64,000 nucleotides of DNA from Eledone cirrhosa (lineage: Eukaryota). Location of the stretch: contig OZ024742.1 in NCBI GenBank assembly GCA_964016885.1, positions 376,898,001-376,962,000 on the forward strand, read 5' to 3'. Positions 23,901-38,900 of this stretch are shown one piece after another; within the stretch, counting starts at the first letter, position 1, and every line of letters begins with the position of its first letter. The notes beneath the pieces were generated by a model, which worked only from the letters and a program-made list of their open reading frames with translations, ran no database searches and was not told the origin of the DNA. Position numbers and translations under genes: made by a program.

Positions 23901-26900
23901 TCTACCAATACTGCCAATCTACCACCCATGGCATCCAACCCTCTACCAATACTGCCAATCTACCACCCATGGCATCCAACCCTCTACCAATACTGCCAAT
24001 CCACTACGCATGGCATCCAACCCTCTACCAATACTGCCAATCCGCCACCCATGGCGTCCAACCCTCTACCAATACTGCCAATCCACCACCCATGGCATCC
24101 AACCCTCTACCAATACTGCCAATCCGCCACCCATGGCGTCCAACCCTCTACCAATACTGCCAATCCAGCACCCATGGCGTCCAACCCTCTACCAATACTG
24201 CCAATCCACCACCCATGGCGTCCAACCCTCTACCAATACTGTCAATCCACCACCCATGGCATCCAACCCTCTACCAATACTACCAATCCACCAACCATGG
24301 CATCCAACCCTCTACAAATACTGCCAATCCACCATCCATGGCATCCAACCCTCTACCAATACTGCCAATCTACCACCCATGGCATCCAACCCTCTACCAA
24401 TATTGCCAATCCACCACGCATGGCATCCAACCCTCTACCAATACTGCCAATCCACCACCCATGGCATCCAACCCTCTACCAATACTGCCAATCTAGCAGC
24501 CATGGCGTCCAACCCTCTACCAATACTGCCAATCCACCACCCATGGCGTCCAACCCTCTACCTATACTGCCAATCCACCACCCATGTCGTCCGACCCTCT
24601 ACCTGTACTGCCAATCCACGACCCATGGCGTCCGACCATCTACCGATATTCCCAATCCACCACCCATGGGGTCGAACCCTCTACCTATACTGCCAATCCA
24701 CCACCCATGGCGTCCGACCCTCTACCAATACTGCCAATCCACCACCCATGGCGTCCCACCCTCTACCGATACTGCCAATCCAAAACCCATGGCGTCCGAC
24801 CCTCTACCTATACTGCTAATCCACCACCATGGCGTCCGAACCTTTACCTATAATTCCAATCCACCACACATGGTGTCCAACCCTCCACCAATACTGACAA
24901 TCCACCACCCATGGCGTCCAACCCTCTACCGATACTGCCAATCCACCACCCATGGCGTCCGGCCCTCTACCAATACTGCCAATCCACCACCCATGGCGTC
25001 GAACCCTCTATCAATACTGCCAATCCAGCACCCAAGGCATCCCACCCTCTACCAAAAATGCCAATCCACCACCTATAGCGTCCAACCCTCTAACAATACT
25101 GCCAATCCACCACCCATGGCATCCAACCCTCCACCAATAGTGCCAATCCACCCCCCAGGGCGTCCGAACCTCTACCAATACTGCCAATCCACCACCCAAA
25201 GCATCCAACCCTCTACCGATACTGCCAATCCACCACCCATAGCGTCCAACCCTCTACCAATACTGCCAATCCACCACCCATGGCATCCAAGCCTCTACCA
25301 ATACTGCCAATCCACCACCCATGGCGCCCGACCCTCTACCGATATTCCCAATCCACCACCCATGGGGTCGTACCCTCTACCTATACTGCCAATCCACCAC
25401 CCATGGCGTTCGACCCTCTTCCTGTACTGCCAATCCACCACCCATGGCGTCCAATCCTCTACCTATACTGCCAATCCAGCACACATGGCGTCCAACCCTC
25501 TACCAATACTGTCAATTACCACCCATTGCGTCCAATCCTCTACCAATACAGCCAATCCACCACCCATGGCGTCCAACCCTCTACCAATACTGTCAATCCA
25601 CCACCCATGGCGTCCAACCCTCTACCAATACTGCGAATCCACTCCCCAGGGCGTCCGAACCTCTACCAATACTGCCAATACACCACCCACAGCGTCCAAC
25701 CCTCTACCAATACTGCCAATCCACCACCCATGGCGTCCAACCCTCTACCTATACTGCCAATCCACGACCCATGGCGTCCGACCCTCTACCTGTACTGCCA
25801 ATCCACCACCCATGGCGTCCGACCCTCTACCGATATTCCCAATCCACCACCCATGGGGTCGAACCCTCTACCTGTACTGCCAATACACCACCCATGGCGT
25901 CCGACCCTCTTCCTGTACTGCCAATCCACCACCCATGGCGTCCCACCCTCTACCGATAATGCTAATCCACCACCCATGGCGTCCGAACCTTTACCTATAA
26001 TTCCAATCCACCACACATGGTGTCCAACCCTCCACCAATACTGACAATCCACCACCCATGGCGTCCAACCCTCTACCAATACTGCCAAACCACCACCCAT
26101 GGCGTCCAAACCTCTACTAATACTACCAATCCACCACCCATGGCATCCAACCCTCTACCAATACTGCCAATCCACCACCTATGGCGCCCGACCCTCTACC
26201 GATATTCCCAATCCACCACCCATGGGGTCGAACCCTCTACCTATACTGCCAATCCACCACCCATGGCGTCCGACCCTCTTCCTGTACTGCCAATCCACCA
26301 CCCATGGCGTCCAATCCTCTATCTATACTGCCAATCCAGCACACATGGCGTCCCACCCTCTACCAATACTGTCAATTACCACCCATTGCGTCGAACCCTC
26401 TACTAATACTGCCAATCCACCACCCATGGTGTCCAACCCTCTACCACTACTGCCAATCCACCACCCATGGCGTCCAACCCTCTACCAATACTGCCAATCC
26501 ACAACCCATGGCATCCAACCCTCTACCTATACTGCCAATCCACCACCCATGGCATCCAAACCTCTACCAATACTGCCAATCCACCACCCATGGCATCCAA
26601 CCCTCTACCAATACTGCCAATCCACCATCCATGGCATCCAACGCTCTACCAATACTGCCAATCCAACACCCATGGCATCCAACCCTCTACTATTACTGCC
26701 AATCTACCACCCATGGCATCCAACCCTCTACCAATACTGCCAATCCACTACGCATGGCATCCAACCCTCTACCAATACTGCCAATCCACCACCCATGGCA
26801 TCCAACCCTCTACCAATACTGCCAATCCACCACCCATGGCGTCCAACCCTCTACCTATACTGCCAATCCAGCACCCATGGCGTCCAACCTCTACCAATAC

Positions 26901-29900
26901 TGCCAATCCACCACCCATTGCGTCCAACCCTCTACCAATACTGTCAATCCACTACCCATGGAATCCAACCCTCTACCAATACTGCCAAACCACCAACCAT
27001 GGCATCCAACCCTCTACAAATACTGCCAATCCACCACCCATGGCATCCAACCCTCTACCTATACTGCCAATCTAAAACCCATGGCATCCAACCCTCTACC
27101 AATACTGCCAATCCACCACCCATGGCATCCAACCCTCTACCAATACTGCCAATCTACCACCCATGGCATCCAACCCTCTACCAATACTGCCAATCCAACA
27201 CCCATGGCATCCAACCCTCTACCAATACTGCCAATCTACCACCCATGGTATCCAACCCTCTACCAATATTGCCAATCCACCACGCATGGCATCCAACCCT
27301 CTACCAATACTGCCAATCCACCACGCATGGCATCCAACCCTCTACCAATACTGCCAATCTAGCAGCCATGGCGTCCAACCCTCTACCAATACTGCCAATC
27401 CACCACCCATGGCGTCCAACCCTCTACCTATACTGCCAATCCACCACCCATGGCGTCCGACCCTCTACCTGTACTGCCAATCCAACACCCATGGCATCCA
27501 ACCCTCTACAAATACTGCCAATCCACCACCCATGGCATCCAACCCTCTACCTATACTGCCAATCTAACACCCATGGCATCCAACCCTCTACCAATACTGC
27601 CAATCCACCACCCATGGCATCCAACCCTCTACCAATACTTCCAATCCACCATCCATGGCATCCAACCCTCTACCAATACTGCCAATCTACCACCCATGGC
27701 GTCGAACCCTCTACTAATACTGCCAATCCACCACCCATGGCGTCCAACCGTCTACCAATGCTGCCGATTTACCACCCATGGCGTCCAACCCTCTATCAAT
27801 ACTGTCAATCCACCACCCATGGCGTCCAACCCTCTACCAATACTGCCAATCCACCACCCATGGCGTCCAACCCTCTACCAATACTGTCAATCTACCACCC
27901 ATGGCATCCAACCCTCTACCTATACTGCCAATCCACCACCCATGGCATCCAACCCTCTTCCAATACTGCCAATCCACCAACCATGGCATCCAACCCTCTA
28001 CAAATACTGCCAATCCACCACCCATGGCATCCAACCCTCTACCTATACTGCCAATCTAACACCCATGGCATCCAACCCTCTACCAATACTGCCAATCCAC
28101 CACCCATGGCATCCAACCCTCTACCAATACTGCCAATCTAGCAGCCATGGCGTCCAACCCTCTACCAATACTGCCAATCCACCACCCATGGCGTCCAACC
28201 CTCTACCAATACTGCCAATCCACCACCCATGGCATCCAACCCTCTACCTATACTGCCAATCCACCACCCATGGCATCCAACCCTCTACCAATACTGCCAA
28301 TCCACCAACCATGGCATCCAACCCTCTACAAATACTGCCAATCCACCACCCATGGCATCCAACCCTGTACCTATACTGCCAATCTAACACCCATGGCATC
28401 CAACCCTCTACCAATACTGCCAATCCAGCACCCATGGCATCCAACCCTCTACCAATACTGCCAATCCACCATCCATGGCATCCAACCCTCTACCAATATT
28501 GCCAATCCACCACGCATGGCATCCGACCCTCTACCAATACTGCCAATCCACCACCCATGGCATCCAACCCTCTACCTGTACTGCGAATCCACCACCCATG
28601 GCGTACGACCCTCTACCGATATTCCCAATCCACCACCCATGGGGTCGAACCCTCTACCTATACTGCCAATCCACCACCCATGGCGTCCGACCCTCTTCCT
28701 GTACTGCCAATCCACCACCCATGGCGTCCCACCCTCTACCGATACTGCCAATCCAAAACCCATGGCGTCCGACCCTCTACCTATACTGCTAATCCACCAC
28801 CCCTGGCGTCCGAACCTTTACCTATGATTCCAATCCACCACACATGGTGTCCAACCCTCCACCAATACTGACAATCCATCACCCATGGCGTCCAACCCTC
28901 TACCGATACTGCCAATCCACCACCCATGGCGTCGAACCCTCTATCAATACTGCCAATCCAGCACCCAAGGCATCCCCCCTCAACCAATACTGCCAATCCA
29001 CCACCCATGGCGTCCAACCCTCTACCAATACTGCCAATCCACCACCCATGGCGTCCAACCCTCTACTAATACTGCCAATCCACCACCCATGGCGTCCAAC
29101 CCTCTACCAATACTGCCAATCCACCACCCATGGCGTCCAACGCTCTACCAATACTGTCAATCCAACACCCGTGGCGTCCAACCCTCTACCAATACTGACA
29201 ATCCACCACCCATGGCGTCCAACCCTCCACCGATACTGCCAATCCACCACCCCTGGCGTCCGACCCTCTACCAATACTGCCAATCCACCACGCATGGCGT
29301 CGAACCCTCTATCAATACTGCGAATCCGGCACACGAGGCATCCCACCCTCTACCAATACTGCCAATCCACCACCCATGGCGTCCAACCCTCTACCAATAC
29401 TGCCAATCCACCACCCATGGCGTCCGAACCTCTACCAATACTGTCAATCCAACACCCGTGGCGTCCCACCCTCTACCAATACTGCGAATCCACCCCCCAG
29501 GGCGTTCGAACCTCTACCAATACTGCCAATCCACCACCCATGGCATCCAACCCTCTACCAATACTGCCAATCCACCACCCAAAGCATCCAACCCTCTACC
29601 GATACTGCCAATCCACCACCCATAGCGTCCAACCCTCTACCTATACTGCCAATCCAACACCCATGGCATCCAAACCTCTTGCAATACTGCCAATCCAACA
29701 CCCATGGCATCTAACCCTCTACCAATACTGCCAATCCACCACCCATGGCGTCCAAACCTCTACCAATACTGCCAATCCACCACCCATGGCATCCAACCCT
29801 CTACCAATACTGCCAATCCACCATCCATGGCATCCAACCCTCTACCAATACTGCCAATCCAACACCCATGGCATCCAACCCTCTACCAATACTGCCAATC

Positions 29901-32900
29901 TAGCACCGATGGCATCCAACCCTCTACCAATACTGCCAATCCACCACGCATGGCATCCAACCCTCTACCAATACTGCCAATCCACCACCCATGGCATCCA
30001 ACCCTCTACCAATACTGCCAATCCACCACCCATGGCGTCCAACCCTCTACTTATACTGCCAATCCAGCACCCATGGCGTCCAACCCTCTACCAATACTGC
30101 CAATCCACCACCCATCGCGTCCAACCCTCTACCAATACTGTCAATCCACCACCCATGGCATCCAACCCTCTACCTATACTGCCAATCCACCACCCATGGC
30201 ATCCAACCCTCTACCAATACTGCCAATCCACCAGCCATGGCATCCAACCCTCTACCAATACTGCCAATCTACCATCCATGGCATCCAACCCTCTACCAAT
30301 ACTGCCAATCCAACACCCATGGCATCCAACCCTCTACCAATACTGCCAATCTACCACCCATGGCATCCAACCCTCTACCAATTTTGCCAATCCAGCACGC
30401 ATGGCATCCAACCCACTACCAATACTGCCAATCCACCACCCATGGCATCCAACCCTCTACAATACTGCCAATCTAGCAGCCATGGCGTCCAACCCTCTAC
30501 CAATACTGCCAATCCACCACCCATGGCGTCCAGCCCTCTACCTATACTGCCAATCCACCACCCATGGCATCCAACCCTCTACCAATACTGCCAATCCACC
30601 ACCCATGGCATCCAACCCTCTACAAATACTGCCAATCCACCACCCATGTCATCCAACCCTCTACCAATACTGCCAATCCACCACCCATGGTATACAACCC
30701 TCTACCAATACTGCCAATCCACCATCCATGGCATCCAACCCTCTAGCAATACTGCCAATCCAACACCCATGGCATCCAACCCTCTACCAATACTGCCAAT
30801 CCACCACGCATGGCATCCAACCCTCTACCAATACTGTCAATCCACCACCCATGGCATCCAACCCTCTACCAATACTGCCAATCTAGCAGCCATGGCGTCC
30901 AACCCTCTACCAATACTACCAATCCACCACCCATGGCGTCCAACCCTCTACCAATACTGCCAATCCACCACCCATGGCGTCCAACCCTCTACCTATACTG
31001 CCGATCCACCACCCATGGCGTCCGACCCTCTACCTGTACTGCCAATCCAACACCCATGGCGTCCGACCCTCTACCGATATTCCCAATCCACCACCCATGG
31101 GGTCGAACCCTCTACCTATACTGCCAATCCACCACCCATGGCGTCCGACCCTCTTCCTGTACTGCAAATCCACCACCCATGGCGTCCCACCCTCTACCGA
31201 TACTGCCAATCTAAAACCCATGGCGTCCGACCCTCTACCTATACTGCTAATCCACCACCCATGGCGTCCGAACCTTTACCTATGATTCCAATCCACCACA
31301 CATGGTGTCCAACCCTCCACCAATACTGACAATCCACCACCCATGGCGTCCAACCCTCCACCGATACTGCCAATCCACCACCCCTGGCGTCCGACCCTCT
31401 AACAATACTGCCAATCCACCACGCATGGCGTCGAACCCTCTATCAATACTGACAATCCAACACCCGTGGCGTCCCACCCTCTACCAATACTGCGAATCCA
31501 CCCCTCAGGGCGTTCGAACCTCTACCAATACTGCCAATCCACCACCCATGGCATCCAACCCTCTACCAATACTGCCAATCCAACACCCATGGCATCCAAC
31601 CCTCTACCAATACTGCCAATCTACCACCCATGGCATCCAACCCTCTACCAATTTTGCCAATCCAGCACGCATGGCATCCAACCCACTACCAATACTGCCA
31701 ATCCACCACCCATGGCATCCAACCCTCTACAATACTGCCAATCTAGCAGCCATGGCGTCCAACCCTCTACCAATACTGCCAATCCACCACCCATGGCGTC
31801 CAGCCCTCTACCTATACTGCCAATCCACCACCCATGGCATCCAACCCTCTACCAATACTGCCAATCCACCACCCATGGCATCCAACCCTCTACAAATACT
31901 GCCAATCCACCACCCATGTCATCCAACCCTCTACCAATACTGCCAATCCACCACCCATGGTATACAACCCTCTACCAATACTGCCAATCCACCATCCATG
32001 GCATCCAACCCTCTAGCAATACTGCCAATCCAACACCCATGGCATCCAACCCTCTACCAATACTGCCAATCCACCACGCATGGCATCCAACCCTCTACCA
32101 ATACTGTCAATCCACCACCCATGGCATCCAACCCTCTACCAATACTGCCAATCTAGCAGCCATGGCGTCCAACCCTCTACCAATACTACCAATCCACCAC
32201 CCATGGCGTCCAACCCTCTACCAATACTGCCAATCCACCACCCATGGCGTCCAACCCTCTACCTATACTGCCGATCCACCACCCATGGCGTCCGACCCTC
32301 TACCTGTACTGCCAATCCAACACCCATGGCGTCCGACCCTCTACCGATATTCCCAATCCACCACCCATGGGGTCGAACCCTCTACCTATACTGCCAATCC
32401 ACCACCCATGGCGTCCGACCCTCTTCCTGTACTGCAAATCCACCACCCATGGCGTCCCACCCTCTACCGATACTGCCAATCTAAAACCCATGGCGTCCGA
32501 CCCTCTACCTATACTGCTAATCCACCACCCATGGCGTCCGAACCTTTACCTATGATTCCAATCCACCACACATGGTGTCCAACCCTCCACCAATACTGAC
32601 AATCCACCACCCATGGCGTCCAACCCTCCACCGATACTGCCAATCCACCACCCCTGGCGTCCGACCCTCTAACAATACTGCCAATCCACCACGCATGGCG
32701 TCGAACCCTCTATCAATACTGACAATCCAACACCCGTGGCGTCCCACCCTCTACCAATACTGCGAATCCACCCCTCAGGGCGTTCGAACCTCTACCAATA
32801 CTGCCAATCCACCACCCATGGCATCCAACCCTCTACCAATACTGCCAATCCACCACCCAAAGCGTCCAACCCTCTACAGATACTGCCAATCCACCACCCC

Positions 32901-35900
32901 TAGCATCCAACCCTCTACCAATACTGCCAATCCACCACTCATGGCATCCAACCCTCTACCTATACTGCCAATCCAACACCCATGGCATCCAAACCTCTTG
33001 CAATACTGCCAATCCAACACCCATGGCATCCAACCCTCTACCAATACTGCCAATCCACCACCCATGGCGTCCAAACCTCTACCAATACTGCCAATCCACC
33101 ACCCATGGCATCCAACCCTCTACCAATACTGCCAATCCACCATCCATGGCATCCAACCCTCTACCAATACTGCCAATCCAACACCCATGGCATCCAACCC
33201 TCTACCAATACTGCCAATCTACCACCCATGGCATCCAACCCTCTACCAATACTGCCAATCCACCACGCATGGCATCCAACCCTCTACCAATACTGCCAAT
33301 CCACCACCCATGGCATCCAACCCTCTACCAATACTGCCAATCCACCACCCATGGCGTCCAACCCTCTACTTATACTGCCAATCCAGCACCCATGGCGTCC
33401 AACCCTCTACAAATACTGCCAATCCACCACGCATGGCATCCAACCCTCTACCAATACTGCCAATCCACCACGCATGGCATCCAACCCTCTACCAATACTG
33501 CCAATCCACCACCCATGGCATCCAACCTTCTACCAATACTGCCAATCCACCAACCATGGCATCCAACCCTCTACAAATACTGCCAATCCACCACCCATGG
33601 CATCCAACCCTCTACCTATACTGCCAATCTAACACCCATGGCATCCAACCCTCTACACATACTGCCAATCCACCACCCATGGCATCCAACCCTCTACCAA
33701 TACTGCCAATCTACCATCCATGGCATCCAACCCTCTACCAATACTGCCAATCCAACACCCATGGCATCCAACCCTCTACCTATACTGCCAATCCACCACC
33801 CATGGCATCCAACCCTCTACCAATACTGCCAATCCACCACCCATGGCATCCAACCCTCTACCAATACTGCCAATCCACCACCCATGGCATCCAACCCTCT
33901 ACCAATACTGCCAATCCACCAACCATGGCATCCAACCCTCTACAAATACTGCCAATCCACCACCCATGGCATACAACCCTCTACCTATACTGCCAATCTA
34001 ACACCCATGGCATCCAACCCTCTACACATACTGGCAATCCACCACCCATGGCATCCAACCCTCTACCAATACTGCCAATCTAGCAGCCATGGCGTCCAAC
34101 CCTCTACCAATACTGCCAATCCACCACCCATGGCGTCCAACCCTCTACCTATACTGCCAATCCACCACCCATGGCGTCCGACCCTCTACCTGTACTGCCA
34201 ATCCACCACCCATGGCGTCCGACCCTCTACCGATATTCCCAATCCACCACCCATAGGGTCGAACCCTCTACCTATACTGCCAATCCACCACCCATGGCGT
34301 CCGACCCTCTTCCTGTACTGACAATCCACCACCCATGGCGTCCCACCCTCTACCGATACTGCCAATCCAAAACCCATGGCGTCCGACCCTCTACCTATAC
34401 TGCTAATCCACCACCCATGGCGTCCGAACCTTTACCTATAATTCCAATCCACCACCCATGGCGTCCGACCCTCTTCCTGTACTGCCAATCCACCACCCAT
34501 GGCGTCCCACCCTCTACGGATACTGCCAATCCAAAACCCATGGTGTCCAACCCTCCACCAATACTGACAATCCACCACCCATGGCGTCCAACCCTCTTCC
34601 TGTACTGCCAATCCACCACCCATGGCGTCCAATGCTCTACCTATACTGCCAATCCAGCACACATGGCGTCCAACCCTCTACCAATACTGTCAATTACCAC
34701 CCATTGCGTCCAACCCTCTACCAATACTGCCAATCTACCACCCATGGCGTCGAACCCTCTACTAATACTGCCAATCCACCACCCATGGCGTCCAACCGTC
34801 TACCAATACTGCCAATCCACCACCCATGGCGTCCAACCCTCTACCAATACTGTCAATCCACCACCCATGGCGTCCAACCCTCTACCAATACTGCCAATCC
34901 ACCACCCATGGCGTCCAACCCTCTACCAATACTGTCAATCTACCACCCATGGCATCCAACCCTCTACCTATACTGCCAATCCACCACCCAAGGCATCCAA
35001 CCCTCTACCAATACTGCCAATCCACCAACCATGGCATCCAACCCTCTACAAATACTGCCAATCCACCACCCATGGCATCCAACCCTCTACCTATACTGCC
35101 AATCTAACACCCATGGCATCCAACCCTCTACCAATACTGCCAATCCACCACCCATGGCATCCAACCTTCTACCAATACTGCCAATCCACCATCAATGGCA
35201 TCCAACCCTCTACCAATATTGCCAATCCAACACCCATGGCATCCAACCCTCTACCAATACTGCCAATCTACCACCCATGGCATCCAACCCTCTACCAATA
35301 TTGCCAATCCACCACGCATGGCATCCAACCCTCTACCAATACTGCCAATCCACCACCCATGGCATCCAACCCTCTACCAATACTGCCAATCCACCATCCA
35401 TGGCATCCAACCCTCTACCAATACTGCCAATCCAACACCAATGGCATCCAACCCTCTACCAATACTGCCAATCTACCACCCATGGCATCCAACCCTCTAC
35501 CAATACTGCCAATCCTCCACGCATGGCATCCAACCCTCTACCAATACTGCCAATCCACCACCCATGGCATCCAACCCTCTACCAATACTGCCAATCCACC
35601 ACCCATGGCGGCTAACCCTCTACTTATACTGCCAATCCACCACCCATGGCGTCCGCCCCTCTACCTGTACTGCCAATCCACCACCAATGGCGTCCGACCC
35701 TCTACCGATATTCCCAATCCACCACCCATGGGGTCGAACCCTCTACCAATACTGCCAATCTACCACCCATGGCATCCAACCCTCTACCAATATTGCCAAT
35801 CCACCACGCATGGCATCCAACCCTCTACTAATACTGCCAATCCACCACCCATGGCATCCAACCCTCTACCAATACTGCCAATCCACCACCCATGGCGCCC

Positions 35901-38900
35901 GACCCTCTACCGGTATTCCCAATCCACTACCCATGCGGTCGAACCCTCTACCTATACTGCCAATCCACCACCCATGGCGTCCGACCCTCTTCCTGTACTG
36001 CCAATCCACCACCCATGGCGTCCAACCCTCTACCAATATTATCAATCCACCACCCATGGCGTCCAACCCTCTACCAATACTGCGAATCCATCCCCCAGGG
36101 CGTCCGAACCTCTACCAATACTGCCAATGCATCACCCATGGCATCCAACCCTCTACCAATACTGCCATTCCACCTCCCAAAGCATCCAACCCTCTACCGA
36201 TACTGCCAATCCACCACCCATAGCGTCCAACCCTCTACCAATACTGCCAATCCACCACCCATGGCATCCAACCCTCTACCTATACTGCCAATCCAACACC
36301 CATGGCGTCCAACCCTCTACCAATACTGCCAATCCACCACCCATGGCATCTAAACCTCTACCAATACTGCCAATCCAACACCCATGGCGTCCAACCCTCT
36401 ACCAATACTGCCAATCCACCACCCATGGCATCCAAACCTCTACCAATACTGCCAATCCACCACCCATGGCATCCAACCCTCTACAAATACTGCCAATCCA
36501 CCAACCATGGCATCCAACCCTCTACAAATACTGCCAATCCACCACCCATGGCATCCAACCCTCTACCTATACTGCCAATCTAACACCCATGGCATCCAAC
36601 CCTCTACTAATACTGCCAATCCACCACCCATGGCATCCAACGCTCTACCAATACTGCCAATCTACCATCCATGGCATCCAACCCTCTACCAATACTGCCA
36701 ATCTACCACCCATGGCATCCAACACTCTAACAATTTTGCCAATCCACCACGCATGGCATCCAACCCTCTACCAATACTGCCAATCCACCACCCATGGCAT
36801 CCAACCCTCTACAAATACTGCCAATCCACCACCCATGGATCCAACCCTCTACCTATACTGCCAATCTAACACCCATGGCATCCAACCCTCTACACATACT
36901 GTCAATCCACCACCCATGGCATCCAACCCTCTACCAATACTGCCAATCTACCACCCATGGCATCCAACACTCTAACAATTTTGCCAATTCACCACGCATG
37001 GCATCCAACCCTCTACCAATACTGCCAATCCACCACCCATGGCATCCAACCCTCTACAAATACTGCCAATCCACCACCCATGGCATCCAACCCTCTACCA
37101 ATACTGCCAATCCACCAACCATGGCATCCAACCCTCTACAAATACTGCCAATCAACCACCCATGGCATCCAACCCTCTACCTATACTGCCAATCTAACAC
37201 CCATGGCATCCAACCCTCTACACATACTGCCATTCCACCACCCATGGCATCCAACCCTCTACCAATACTGCCAATCTACCATCCATGGCATCCAACCCTC
37301 TACCAATACTGCCAATCCAACACCCATGGCATCCAACCCTCTACCAATACTGCCAATCCACCACCCATGGCGGCTAACCCTCTACTTATACTGCCAATCC
37401 ACCACCCATGGCGTCCGCCCCTCTACCTGTACTGCCAATCCACCACCAATGGCGTCCGACCCTCTACCGATATTCCCAATCCACCACCCATGGGGTCGAA
37501 CCCGCTACCTATACTGCCAATCCACCACCCATGGCGTCCAACCCTCTACCAATACTGCCAATCCACCATCAATGGCATCCAACCCTCTACCAATACTGCC
37601 AATCCACCACCCATGGCGTCCGACCCTCTACCAATACTGCCAATCCACCATCAATGGCATCCAACCCTCTACCAATACTGCCAATCCACCACCCAAAGCG
37701 TCCAACCCTCTACAGATACTGCCAATCCACCACCCCTAGCGTCCAACCCTCTACCAATACTGCCAATCCACCACTCATGGCATCCAACCCTCTACCTATA
37801 CTGCCAATCCAACACCCATGGCATCCAAACCTCTTGCAATACTGCCAATCCAACACCCATGGCATCCAACCCTCTACCAATACTGCCAATCCACCACCCA
37901 TGGCGTCCAAACCTCTACCAATACTGCCAATCCACCACCCATGGCATCCAACCCTCTACCAATACTGCCAATCCACCATCCATGGCATCCAACCCTCTAC
38001 CAATACTGCCAATCCAACACCCATGGCATCCAACCCTCTACCAATACTGCCAATCTACCACCCATGGCATCCAACCCTCTACCAATACTGCCAATCCACC
38101 ACGCATGGCATCCAACCCTCTACCAATACTGCCAATCCACCACCCATGGCATCCAACCCTCTACCAATACTGCCAATCCACCACCCATGGCGTCCAACCC
38201 TCTACTTATACTGCCAATCCAGCACCCATGGCGTCCAACCCTCTACAAATACTGCCAATCCACCACGCATGGCATCCAACCCTCTACCAATACTGCCAAT
38301 CCACCACGCATGGCATCCAACCCTCTACCAATACTGCCAATCCACCACCCATGGCATCCAACCTTCTACCAATACTGCCAATCCACCAACCATGGCATCC
38401 AACCCTCTACAAATACTGCCAATCCACCACCCATGGCATCCAACCCTCTACCTATACTGCCAATCTAACACCCATGGCATCCAACCCTCTACACATACTG
38501 CCAATCCACCACCCATGGCATCCAACCCTCTACCAATACTGCCAATCTACCATCCATGGCATCCAACCCTCTACCAATACTGCCAATCCAACACCCATGG
38601 CATCCAACCCTCTACCTATACTGCCAATCCACCACCCATGGCATCCAACCCTCTACCAATACTGCCAATCCACCACCCATGGCATCCAACCCTCTACCAA
38701 TACTGCCAATCCACCACCCATGGCATCCAACCCTCTACCAATACTGCCAATCCACCAACCATGGCATCCAACCCTCTACAAATACTGCCAATCCACCACC
38801 CATGGCATACAACCCTCTACCTATACTGCCAATCTAACACCCATGGCATCCAACCCTCTACACATACTGGCAATCCACCACCCATGGCATCCAACCCTCT

